In this document: piece by piece, positions 25,120 to 36,482 of the stretch
Layout: every line of letters starts with the position of its first letter
Position numbering within the stretch: the first letter of the stretch is position 1
NCBI GenBank assembly: GCA_964106645.2
Contig: OZ067047.1
From: Podarcis pityusensis
Lineage: Eukaryota
Direction: 5' to 3' (one strand)
DNA: 64,000 nucleotides
Notes under the pieces: generated by a model
Databases searched by the model: none
What the model was told of the DNA's origin: nothing
What the model saw: only the letters and a program-made list of their open reading frames with translations
Made by a program: the position numbers and the translations under genes

Positions 25120-25500
25120 TTTATTGCATTTATATCCCATCTTCCCTCCAAGGAGCTCAGGGTGGTGTACGTACCTTTCCTCATTCCTATTTTATCCTCA
25201 CAATATTTTTTAAATGTGGGTTGTAAAACTAGTTCTTACATTACAATTTACAGTTTGTGGAGAATATTCTCCAGATAATTTTCTAGCAGAGTATATTTTC
25301 TAGAATATTCTCATTCTCGAGAATATTCTCTGGAGAATATTCTCACCTCACTTCACCTCACTACTCACTACTACCAGTGAGATAGGTTAAGCCAAGAGGC
25401 AGTGACTGGCCCAAGGTCACCCAGTGAACTTCATGGCTGAGTAGGGATTGGAACCCTAGTGGCCCACGTCCTGGTCTGACACTCTAACCACTACACCACT
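25120..25500 (-). mobile_element. MIR-like/tRNA SINE interrupted by a palindromic insertion (about 25204-25376)
   Basis: CCTCCAAGGAGCTCAGGGTGG...ATCCTCACAA // GTGAGATAGG...CCCAAGGTCACCCAGTGA...CTAACCACTACACCA. Confidence 0.65.
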
Positions 25501-25639
25501 GTTTTCCAAAATGGCCCCTAAATAAAGTGTACAGAGAAAAGGTTGGCTTTTCTTCACTAATATTTTTATCAACCTCTAGCTTCTCTCTTCCCTCAGTCAT
25601 TTTTTAAAAACTGAATGAAAATACCTCATAGACTTTGCT

Positions 25640-26165
25640 TGTAGAGGAGGTCCTCCAACTCCTCAATACTTTGGCTTGTCCTTTTCTGCATGTTTCTGAG
25701 GTCTGTGATATCAGACCACAGGTTCACTTCACTATCTAGTATTGTTTTCACTTCATTTCTTAATAATCCCTAGCATGGAATTTAGCTTCTTCACTGCCAT
25801 TGATGTTGCCACCTTCATCAAAATGTCTTTTTTCCTTATGAGCAGCTCTTCAGCTGTAATGTGAAATTAGGGGTTGTTTTTGCTTGCTTACATTTTGTTG
25901 CCCATGCACCAAGTTTGGAGATATTTTCTTGGAGGTCTTTGAGTTTTCGTCATCCTGAATAATTTGGTAACGTCCGCAAATTTGGCCAACTTCTCACTCC
26001 AGTTCCAGGCAATTTATAAGCAAAATGATATCTGTCCTGTTATGGTTCCTTGCGTCAGCCCACTGATTCCATCCTTCCTTCTGTTGTTAGATTTGTCCAT
26101 CTGCGTTGGGTGGCAGACTTTGTCAAAAGATTTTTGGAAGTCCAAGAGTATAATGTCTACTGTAA
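25640..26165 (-). mobile_element. Degraded CR1 LINE reverse transcriptase fragment
   Basis: Minus-strand VDIILLDFQKSFDKV, the CR1 RT motif (D.I.LDF.KAFDKV). Confidence 0.6.
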
Positions 26166-29100
26166 AGGGTTGATGAGACTGGACTTTCTCTTGAAATCCA
26201 TCAATGTAGATTTTCATCGCTGAAGCAGAAACTGTTACCCAAGGTTTCAGTTTTTGGGATGTGGAAGTGAAGGGATCCCATGTCACTAAATTTAGGTTAG
26301 CCCCACAGGTTTTAATATATTTGAGCTTGTGTGTGGTAAAATTTGCCTTTAGGGAAAACATTGGTATTGATAGGTGGGCTCTTCCTCAACAATTTTAATT
26401 TTTGTTGCAGATAAACTCAACTGAGAAGAACACAATTGTGATGTTGCTGAAGAAGATTCATAGAAAAAATTTCCGGATGATCATTCACTGACGGCTTTGC
26501 CTGATGTGGTTTAGTGAGCATCACAATAGCCAGAACAAGTTGTTCTACATTCCTTTATTTGAATTACCAGGTAGAGGTCTTTGTTTTGTTTTTGTCCTTA
26601 AATTAAGCTGTGCTCTGAGATGTGCTTGTAGCTAAAGTAGATTTATAACCAGTAATAAAAGTCTGCTGTTGTCATACTCCCAGTTTCTTTTATAGTAAAT
26701 CTTTTAAAAAGATAACTATAAGTCTATATTACTCTGGGCAAACACTCTTTCTTTATAATGGTAGGGTATACCTAATATAATTTTCTCAATAGTAATTGCA
26801 TGGGTGGAACCAATCTTAAATATCTTGAATAAATTTACATAGGAAAAATGTCTACAGATAATGAAAACATGTTCTCTGTAGGCGCACCTGTCTCCTGAGG
26901 TATAAGCTCTTTATACTCAAAAGCATGTTGTGTTCAAAACACACAACTTAATTAGGATTCTTACTGCAGTCTATAATTCCCTCTTTGTCAGTGCAGGAGG
27001 CAACTGTTTTGTGGACAAGTCAAAGCCTATTTGGATTTATTTCGATGAATAGGTAACTGTGATCCCCATATAACTGATGAAACTGTAGCATTCCATGTAA
27101 TTGGAAATCTTGCCATTTTTTAAGCAATAAAGGCATATTGCCTTGCTGGTATTTTTGTAAATTGTCATCTACATGTAGGAACCATTTTCCTTAATGTTAT
27201 TGGGCAGGGGTGGCCAAATTCATAAGCCCGGAAGGGGAGGGTGAGAGTACTGGAAGTGTGTTTTAACTGGGTCTCTTTGTGCCTGCCATCCACCCCTCCA
27301 ATTCCCCTTCCTCGCCCACCTCCTTCCTGTCTGGCTTGCTCTCCTGATTTGCCAGCCACCACCTCTGCTCCTAGGGGAATCTCCTTCCCCAGGGATGGGG
27401 TCAGGACATCCTTGACACCCCCTCCCTCTCTGTGAGGTCAGGTGGCCCCAGAGCGGCTTTGGGTGAGGACCCTCCTCAGAATCACTGCTTGGACTATTCT
27501 CATCCCTCAAATTGAGACTGGGGCCCAGTGGCAGTATGTCAGGCTCCTCCTTTACATCATTGCCCAAACTGCTGCTACCTCCCATCCTGAGGTCATCATC
27601 TTCTTCCTCCTCTTGACACACTCTGCCAGTCACACCCTGCCCCCAGCAGAGTCATGGAGATCACAACACTTGGTAGCAAGTTTAGTACTTAGGCAGTAAT
27701 GTACACACGGCCCTACTTCAAGTGGAGCCAATTCACATTAGGAAATAAATCCTATTGATATCTTATATATCACATTTTTTGTCCTTTTCTGTTCTGACTA
27801 AATGTTTCTGAGATAACCCCTCAACCATGTTTTGGTGTGTTATTTTAATCTGAATGTAGGAAGACAGACGAACCATCAAAGATTTAAAAAGGTGGTTAGA
27901 AATGGAGTCATTGCACCATTTTTTTACTTCATTTCAGATCACTTTGATTTGCATTCGTCACAACATTCAACATGTCATGGAACCGTCTAGACACAATGCG
28001 GCACATTTCTGTAATGTACATTATGTACTGGATTATCTTTTCAGTTAGGGAATAGCACTGCACTCTCATAGCCTAGTCTTCCGTTAACATTCATCTGGCA
28101 GCAATTCCTGCTCACTTTGTTCCTGTTGAAAGCTAATCAGGTTTCTCTTATTGCATGAAGCAACTTACAGAATTGACTCAGGCTTCCTCCTGTTCAGACT
28201 TCCTGGCCTAAGAGGATGCTTCATGTTCTGTCACCATTGATGACTAAACAGTCTGAACCAGTAGCAACATGTCTAATGGATTATCTCACCATCTAGGTTG
28301 CGGTTTTGAAGACAATCATTTCAGTGAGAAAAGTGTATGGAAATGATTGTGCTTCATTGTGGTCTGCAATTCTTGATGGTGCATAAGAACTGCTTTGCAT
28401 TAAGGCCTATTTTGGAATTACTACCATATTCATTTCACATTAAGCAAACCACAGTTTTGTCAATCCTCTTTTCAAATCCTTCAGATGAGCAGAAGTGTGA
28501 ATTGCATTCATTAGATGTCCATACGGCCATTTGATTTTTACTTGCATTGCACTTGTGAGTTTAGAAGAAGAGGTGCTAAATTTCATTGACTGTTCAAGAA
28601 GGAGTAGAGCTTTTTGAGCTTCTTCCCAGACCCTTGCTAGGTTTATTATTTCTGGAGATTCACACATCCTCCACAAGAAGCTCAGCCATCTTCAGCACTG
28701 CAGACATGTGTCTCAGTTGCAGCTGTCTGTATGCCAGCAAAGTGGAAGTGGCCTCATGATGTTTTCTCTAGCAGAATGCAATGGCCATTGAGGGCAGAAA
28801 TTAAACCAGGGTTGGAAGAGCAGTGTTGCAGGGTGATGGACTTCTATTCTCTCTGCTTAGTAGGGAATGCTATAGTCCTCCCATTTGTGGGATTGCACGC
28901 TTACTGGGAAACTGCTGTTGTGCAGTCACTTAGCCAGCCCTCCTCCCTGGTTTAAAGGCTGCAGATACCATTGATGCACACCTGCAGCATTAGGGAAAAG
29001 CCGAACAGGTTTTTTGGCAGGCAAGCTTGGTGGACAAAATGCCAGTTAAAGGGAGGGATGGAGAGTCTCATGCTCAAAGTTCTAGGCATTTCTGAGATTT

Positions 29101-29700
29101 GGCCTGTGTTCGTATGGGATTTGGCCAAAGAACAGCAGTTACTGGTAATCACAATTTCTGTTTTACTATATTGAGCCACTCATGGACTGGAAATTTCAAG
29201 CCTGTTTTTGTATATTGATCAGACAGTGGATGTGAGACCTGTGGTTTGGATTTGCACACAATGATGTTTGTGGCGATGCTGAAGCACAAGTAAATATCCT
29301 CATTGCCAGGGAAAACAGTAACTTTCAGATTGGCTGGAAGGCTGGTAAAGAAGTGGGTGGATTGGAGCATGCAGCTAAAGTCAGGATGTGGCCTGTGAAA
29401 TGAGTACAGAGGTAGCCAATGTGGTGCCCTCTCAATGTAGTTGGGCGCCCACCTGTATGCTGAAGCTCAGTCTTGAAACTTTGCCTATGAGAGAGAGGTT
29501 TACTGTCCATTTACTGCCAGTGGTGTCTGTTGCTTTATTTCTTTGTTGTTTTCTCCTACACATGGGGAGTTGCTTATATTAATGAATATAAATTAGGTAG
29601 TGAGAGTGGAGAGGTTTCTGTGCTTTAACCTCAATCATTAGAATGATTAAAGTATTCTCCCTCCCCTTTCCCCCCTTCTTTCCATTCCAGGATTTTAAGG

Positions 29701-29803
29701 ATGGATTATTTTCGAGCCTTCACTTTTCTCTTTATGCTGATATTATCCAGAGGTGTCACGGCAGACACAGAGAAGAAAAGCCCTGATTCAGGATTAGAAA
29801 TCT
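29701..29803 (+). CDS. CCDC134: CCDC134 first coding exon (exon starts 29691); signal peptide
   Basis: ttccag|GATTTTAAGG ATG; MDYFRAFTFLFMLILSRGVTADTEKKSPDSGLEI; U12 donor GTATCCTT at 29804. Confidence 0.9.
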
Positions 29804-30562
29804 GTATCCTTCTTTCATTGCCTTGATTTTTGTCTGTGAAAGTGGGGTGTAACTGAGAGAGTGTTGCTTGTTAGGGGGCCCTTTTGTGCTTAGCAAGGGT
29901 GGAGAAAGGGAGTGGATTTGTAAGCCTTGGGAAAACATGTAGATTTGTACATGTGCATGTAAAAGTATATAAACTGCAAAAGGGTACACATACATACCAC
30001 AAGGGGCATTCTGAAGCACTAGGCTGGGGAAAGCTCATCTGAAAGGCCCATGTGAATTAAAATGTCTCTGCCTGGTGCCAAAAGGACATCAGTCACTGCC
30101 AGGTGAACCTCCTGGGAAGAGCATTCCAATGTTGACGCTCCACCGCTGCAAAGTCCTCTCTTGCATCCACAGCTGTCTAACTTCCAGACCCTTTCAGCTG
30201 CTCAGATAGGCAGAGGGGACCCTCTTGGTAGTTCCTCCACCTTCAGAGACTTGGGGATGGCATGGCGGATAAGACATTCTCTGTGGCAGCCCCTAAGTTG
30301 TGGAACTCCTACCCCAAAGAGGTGTGTCTGGCACCTTCATTTTGCTAGTGAAGTCTCCAAAGACAGAGCCAAAGAGGCCACAAGTCAGGCATGCCTTTTA
30401 TTCTAAATGTCCCGTCTTGCCCAAATACTCTTAAAGGAATTACCAACCATTTCGCCCTTGGGCCTGGTGTATTTTTCTCAGATATGCAGTGTTGTACTGT
30501 GTGAGAAGTATAACGACCTTGTCCTTCCCAAATAAGCTATGTACCCCAGTACCAACACTCTT

Positions 30563-30614
<52 letters not shown>

Positions 30615-31355
30615 CATCCTGGCTCAGTAATGTCAAATAGGCTTCACTTCCTTCCTAGCTCACTCAACTTTTCCCTCCATACTCTCCGTATGAAAGCCAT
30701 TCTTCACATGATCTTCATCAAGTTGGAAAACACCACTGTGAAATAGATGGATTCTTTATGCTGACACGGTGATTGCAGCATGGCACATCACATGGTTCTT
30801 CCTCTGGGCAAAAAGTTTCTCTGCTCTTTCTGTTTCAGGAGGGGTTGTATTTTTCTCTCTCCTTGACCCTCCCTTGCTTTTAATTGGTAATGTGAACCCT
30901 TGTCATTTGTATTTCCCTCTGGATTTATGCTGTCATCCTCCATAGATTCTAGTTTACAGCTGCCAGGCCACCGAGAGCAGATATTCTTTGCAGTCTCCGT
31001 AAACTTTATTTATTGTCATTGGCTTTTCCTCAAAGAAACTGGATGCAGTAGTTAAAAGAAGCCTGGTCCCTTGTAAGGGCTACTTTGATGGAGTGGGCCC
31101 CAGATCTCCTATTGCCTTCCCTCTCTGTTCTTAAACTTAAAACTTTTTAAAAAATGGTTCAGAGCCATCATCCATACATAGAAATTAGCATATACACATT
31201 TTATGCAAAGTCCCCAAGTCTTTTTATATACCTAACAATGCCCCAGGGTGAAGGGCAAAAAAGATGCTGGGATTGTGCTGTGGGTTGTGGGGAGGGGGAC
31301 ATGGGGCGAGAGTTTGGATGTTCTGTAGCGCATGGTATCCTTGACCAAGTTACAG
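29804..31355 (+). other. CCDC134: CCDC134 U12-type (minor spliceosome) GT-AG intron
   Basis: 5' splice site GTATCCTTCT; branch point TCCTTGAC (31338-31345) 10 nt before the exon; no polypyrimidine tract. Confidence 0.9.
30565..30611. repeat. (GA)n microsatellite
   Basis: Direct inspection. Confidence 0.95.
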
Positions 31356-31477
31356 ATAAGAAGCTGTTCGAAGTGAAACGCAAAGACCAGATGAATGCGT
31401 TGAAGAACCTGATTGAGCTCAACGATGTGAACCAACAATACAAGATCATAGACATCATGCTCAAGGGTCTTTTCAAA
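31356..31477 (+). CDS. CCDC134: CCDC134 coding exon 2
   Basis: [41 protein letters not shown]|gtgag. Confidence 0.95.
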
Positions 31478-31847
31478 GTGAGCCTTGCCTAACAGAGCGC
31501 AGGATTTATTTATTTTTAGTTATGGAATGTTAGATAATCTTAAAAGCAGTGTGTGGGGCCAAAGAAGAAGAGTGTAGTGTCTTCGTCAACAATGCTTCTT
31601 TACTGGAAAAGGTTGAGGTGGTGGTGGGGAAGAGACTTGGCACTATGACCACCTCACAATTCCAGTGAATTGCTGGTGAATGTAGCGGCTGCCACTCATT
31701 CCAGACACAGTTGGTTGTGAGGGGAGGGGAGATGGTACCTCTTAGGGTCTGCTGGTTTTAAATCTACTGTGGGAAGATAGCCTAGGATGGTCTAGGCCTT
31801 ACCTTAGGCACCCTCACCAAGTGCTTTCTTACACTTCCATCTGCAGA

Positions 31848-31848
<1 letters not shown>

Positions 31849-31891
<43 letters not shown>

Positions 31892-32335
31892 TTTATTTAT
31901 ACCCCGCCCTCCCCAGCCGAGACCAGGCTCAGGGTGGCTAACAACCAATAATAAAAACAAGTTGATTAAAATACAACTTAAAAACAAGATTTAAATACAA
32001 CATTAAAACATTAAGATGCAGCCTCTTCACAGGAGGAGAAAGGAAAAAAGAAAGAAGGAGAGGGAATCAAATTGATTCTAAGCCAAAGGCCAGGCGGAAC
32101 AACTCTGTCTTACAAGCCCTGCGGAACGAAATCAGATCCTGCAAGGCCCTGGTCTCATGAGGAAGAGCGTTCCACCAGGCCGGAGCCAGTGTTGAAAAGG
32201 TCCTGGCTCTGGTTGAGGCTAATCTAACTTCCTTAGGGCCTGGGACCTCTAGGGTGTTGCTATTTATGGACCTTAAGGTCCTCCGTGGGGCATACCAGGA
32301 GATGCATTCCTGTAGGTACGAGGGTCCTAGGCAGG
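31849..32335 (-). mobile_element. L2-clade LINE 3' end with (TAA)n tail
   Basis: ORF GPSYLQECISWYAPRRTLRS...RTFSTLAPAWWNALP...FRRACKTELFRLAF (L2 ORF2 C-terminus); (TAA)n at 31849-31891. Confidence 0.85.
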
Positions 32336-33165
32336 TAGTGACCATTTTAGGTGTGTCCAATTGATGCACAACTGCCGATGCATGGGCCCTTTTCGACCCA
32401 GAAAAGGATGGAATGGAGGCAGAACGGGCTTATGCGCACCTCTGCTGATGTGCATGGCAGCGAGGAATGGAACCCCATGCAAAATGGTCACCGCCTGTAT
32501 GTATGTAGAAGAGCACTTTCAGCACCTGCTCCATAAAAATAGATTGCCTTACACTGGAGATTTGCCCAATGCATGGGTCTGCACATTCAGGACCAGCATG
32601 AGATCTTAGTTGTTCTTCTGGGCTGGTATTTGGTTGGGTTTAAATGAATAGCTGAGGTATTATATTAGACTAGGTACTTGAGAAGTGATTTGCAGCTTAT
32701 CGATGGTAGCATCACATCGCATGGAGAAGGCGGTTGTGGCTTCATACAGTTGCTGTTTGTCTGTGGCCCCCACCTGCTTGGCCAACAAGCTCCATTTTGT
32801 GCTGTGTGATGTAACAGTGTCGCAGCACAAATGTTTCTGTGTGTTTTGTGCTTGCTACCGCCAAGCCTGTTGAAACCAGACTCGGTCCAGGAACTGCAGC
32901 TGTTGGTTCCTCCGCAAATAATGTGAGGTGTTTTGAAGGGCTGGGATATTCATTCTCACAATTTGGTTTCCTGGCTTTTGAGGTTGTTATTTCCCCCAAG
33001 TTTCCTCGTCTGTCAGGGCTGTGTCAGATGGGCATTTGTAGCAAAGCAGAAGAGGTGGGGGTGTGCGGCTGAGAAGAGGCTGTTGCTGGCAGCACAGGTG
33101 TGGGAAAGAGATGTTTTTGGCAGGAGCTGATATCAACCATGTCCGCTTTCTGTTGTGATGTGCAG

Positions 33166-33250
33166 GTTCTTGAAGACTCGCGGGCTGTACTTATAGCAGC
33201 AGATGTCCCTCCAGATGGGCCGTTCCCTCAGGATGAGAAGCTAAAGGATG
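33166..33250 (+). CDS. CCDC134: CCDC134 coding exon 3
   Basis: tgcag|[29 protein letters not shown]|gtggg. Confidence 0.95.
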
Positions 33251-34412
33251 GTGGGAGCTCTTTGCTTTATAATCCCGATTTCTCCATCCATCATTCTGTA
33301 GCCATTAAGTTTGTAACAATGAGCTGTTCTGGCATTACAGCTCTCGTTGCCATTTTGGCGACTCTTGCTTAGCCACCCCTGTCACTTCTGTTCTTGTGTG
33401 TCATCATTTCTGACATTTGCAAAGGTCCTGGGATGGGAACAGAGCCAAATGAGGCTACATAGCATATGGTACATGAAGCAGAACAGAATCTTATTATTTC
33501 GCCTGTGCATATAATGGAAAGTTAACACTCGTAAGGCTGGTCAGTATCATTAAACAGGGACGTGTGGCTTCATTCAGATTGATAGCCAGTTTCTCCCCAC
33601 CCCCAGTCGGATTCTGCAACTGGAACCCTTGGTTTTGTGACTGGACTAAATGTATGCAGATTTGCATTGTCTACAGAGAGGTACATGAATTTACAATTTG
33701 AGACTGGCTGGTTATGTTTCCGGTCACTTTTTAAAAATGTTTGTTGAGCAAAGAAAAATTAAGAGAGTGGAAAAGGAAGGGCAATTGAACTTATGAGGGC
33801 AGCCAGAATTTAAGCTATTGCAGCATGAAAATGGTAGGTACTTGTGGAGAAGCAGAGATTCCAGTTCTTTTGTCCAAGGTACTGATTTAGTATATTAAGG
33901 TATCCTACCTTGTGCTTTTGGCTGGTGTTTTTTGGCCATGCAGATTTCCAGAATTAAATCCTCATTTAAACTGTTGATGCCAGCCACCTAGACAATGAGC
34001 AGCAGTAGCCTCCCCCCAACAATGCTACTGCCATCAATATCTGTAATGAAGGGAAGGATATAGCTTTAATAGTTTTCCTTTGCACTGATCACAGGTAGCC
34101 TGAACCCACCTGGAATTCATTCTCTTATTATAATTTTGAAAATACTATGCGACTTCTGTTTCCTTTGAATAGCTGTAGGAAAAATTATGTCAGATTGAAT
34201 GACACACTACTTTGGGTTCCTTGCCAGATTTGTGGGCTGCTAGCTTGCTTTCTGGATTTCTGAAGTTCACAGATTTGGATGTGAGCATATTAATCTGTCC
34301 CACCAATATTTTATTTTCAAATGCTGTGTACATAAGGTTGAGCCCTCTTTTTCTGTATTCATAAACTTGGAATAAAATATAAACCCTTTTCTGTACAGTC
34401 ACTAACATAGAT

Positions 34413-34750
34413 TAAATGTAAAGGTACCCCTGACCGTTAGGTCCAATCGCGGACGACTCTGGGGTTGCAGCGCTCATCTCGCTCTATAGGCCAAGGGAGC
34501 CGGCATTTGTCCGCAGACAGCTTCCGGGTCATGTGGCCAGCATGACTAAGCCGCTTCTGGCGAACCAGAGCAGCGCACGGAAACACTGTTTACCTTCCCG
34601 CCAGAGCGGTACCTATTTATCTACTTGCACTTTTGACGTGCTTTTGAACTGCTAGGTTGGCAGGAGCAGGGACTGAACAATGGGAGCTCACCCCATCGCA
34701 GGGATTCGAACCACCGACCTTCCGTTCGGCAAGCCCTAGGCTCTGTGGTT
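34413..34750 (-). mobile_element. Sauria SINE, near full length, followed by (TTCTA)n
   Basis: Reverse complement of the family at 49052 and 21839. Confidence 0.9.
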
Positions 34751-34938
34751 CTATTCTATTCTATTCTATTCTATTCTCCCCTCCCTTCTCCTCACTCACA
34801 TAAGCAATAGGAATGGTTAGAGTGTGTTGAGGTGGTACGCACCCTGCATTTGGATTCTATGTTTATTCTCATGGAACTTGTCTGATCTCTACCAGCGGTA
34901 AAACTCCTGATTTCTCATTTGTGGCTCTTTACCTCTAG

Positions 34939-35120
34939 CATATTCCCATGTGGTGGAGAACACTGCATTTTTTGGTGATGTAGTCCTGCGTTTTCCCAAG
35001 ATAGTACACCATTACTTTGACCGCAACTCCAACTGGAACAACCTGATTCGCTGGGGAATTGGCTTCTGCAATCAGACAGGTGTATTTGACCAAGGTCCGC
35101 ACTCACAAGTCCTCGGATTG
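34939..35120 (+). CDS. CCDC134: CCDC134 coding exon 4
   Basis: ctctag|[61 protein letters not shown]|gtaag. Confidence 0.95.
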
Positions 35121-35397
35121 GTAAGACTTCTGGTTTGACTTCTGCTCTGATGTTGTTGGCCTCTGATAATGGCCAACAATGGGTTGGCAATGTGGGATAA
35201 AGGAATATTAGTTGACGGAAAACCAATAATCTAAGGGTTGCTTCAGTCGTTTCAGTATCTGTATATGGAGGGTGCTTTTGTGTAGGAACTAGCATGAAGC
35301 TTGCATAAAGATGGTAATATGCAACTTATATGCGCATTTCACACTATGTGTGCACACTGAGTAGTAATGACTTTTGCTTCTCAGCAATAGTATAATC

Positions 35398-35562
35398 CAG
35401 TGGCATAGCGTGGGGGGTGCAGGGGGGCCGGCCGCACCGGGCGCAACATCTGAGGGGGGCGCGCTAATCTAGTGGAAGAGACTCAAGTGCTAAAATCCAC
35501 GGGTTAGGGGGCGCAAATTACTTGCCTTGCCCCGGGTGCTGACAACCCACGCTACCCCACTG
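35398..35562. mobile_element. hAT MITE
   Basis: CAGTGGCATAGCGTGGG...CCCACGCTACCCCACTG TIRs; 8-bp TSD GTATAATC/GTATATTC. Confidence 0.8.
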
Positions 35563-35772
35563 GTATATTCCATTCATACATGTGTTGTTGTTTCTTTCTT
35601 TCTTTCTTTATTGGGTTTTATAAACAAGAATAATGGTATACAAATAAGTATACCAAGTTTTCTCATGCCATTTGTATATCACAAAAACAGCATAATAAAT
35701 GTGGAAAAATATCTACATGTTTCATTATTAGTGGTCAGTAGATAAGTTCTTGATTCATGAATTGGTTTAAAC

Positions 35773-35908
35773 CAGCCATAGGCAAACTTGGCCCTCCAGA
35801 TGTTTTGGGACTACAACTCCCATGATCCCTGGCTAACAGGACCAGTGGTCAGGGATGATGGGAATTGTAGTCCCAAAACACCTGGAGGGCCAAGTTTGCC
35901 TATATCTG
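35773..35908. mobile_element. Palindromic hAT MITE
   Basis: Long TIRs; 8-bp TSD GTTTAAAC/CTTTAAAC. Confidence 0.85.
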
Positions 35909-36410
35909 CTTTAAACAATTAGGAAGAAAAGAGGGAATGATGAGTGGAGTGGGGTGGGGTGGTTATACTTCTATTCTTCTACTTTGTGTGGGGTTAGGGT
36001 TAGGGTTAGAGTCACTTGTTGTATTTCCTTGGTGGTGCATTCAACCGTATGGCTGCACATTTGTGCATCTTGGTGTCTGATAGGCTGCTTTAGCTCACAG
36101 CAACCCTTTAAGCCATGCTACCTTTGTGTGCAGCCTATGCGGTTTCCTGATAATTTACACAGCAAGTGAATGAATTGCAAGATCAGTGGTTCAGCCCATA
36201 AGGGGCATCAAAACTTCTTGCATTTGCAGTACCCTTAATTTGGGAGGGATAGTTTTTTCACATTTGGGGGAATTTGCACTGAACTACCAAATGAGGCTGG
36301 GAAGCTTCAATGGCGGGTGATGTAGTTGCAGGAACTGAGAAGCAGGCAGCAGAGTGAGAAGATTACAAGACATGTGAATGAAGCTGATCTTCACTATTTT
36401 TCTTCTGCAG

Positions 36411-36482
36411 ATGGCTCAAGAGCTTGGAATAAGTGAGAAATCTCCAGAATACCGGAACCCCTTTAAAACAGACAATTCTGAA
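36411..36482 (+). CDS. CCDC134: CCDC134 coding exon 5
   Basis: ctgcag|MAQELGISEKSPEYRNPFKTDNSE|gtaag. Confidence 0.95.

Noticed and set aside
27220-27633. 137-aa acidic minus-strand ORF
   Set aside because: Low complexity, probably an LTR-like repeat remnant; no splice or homology support
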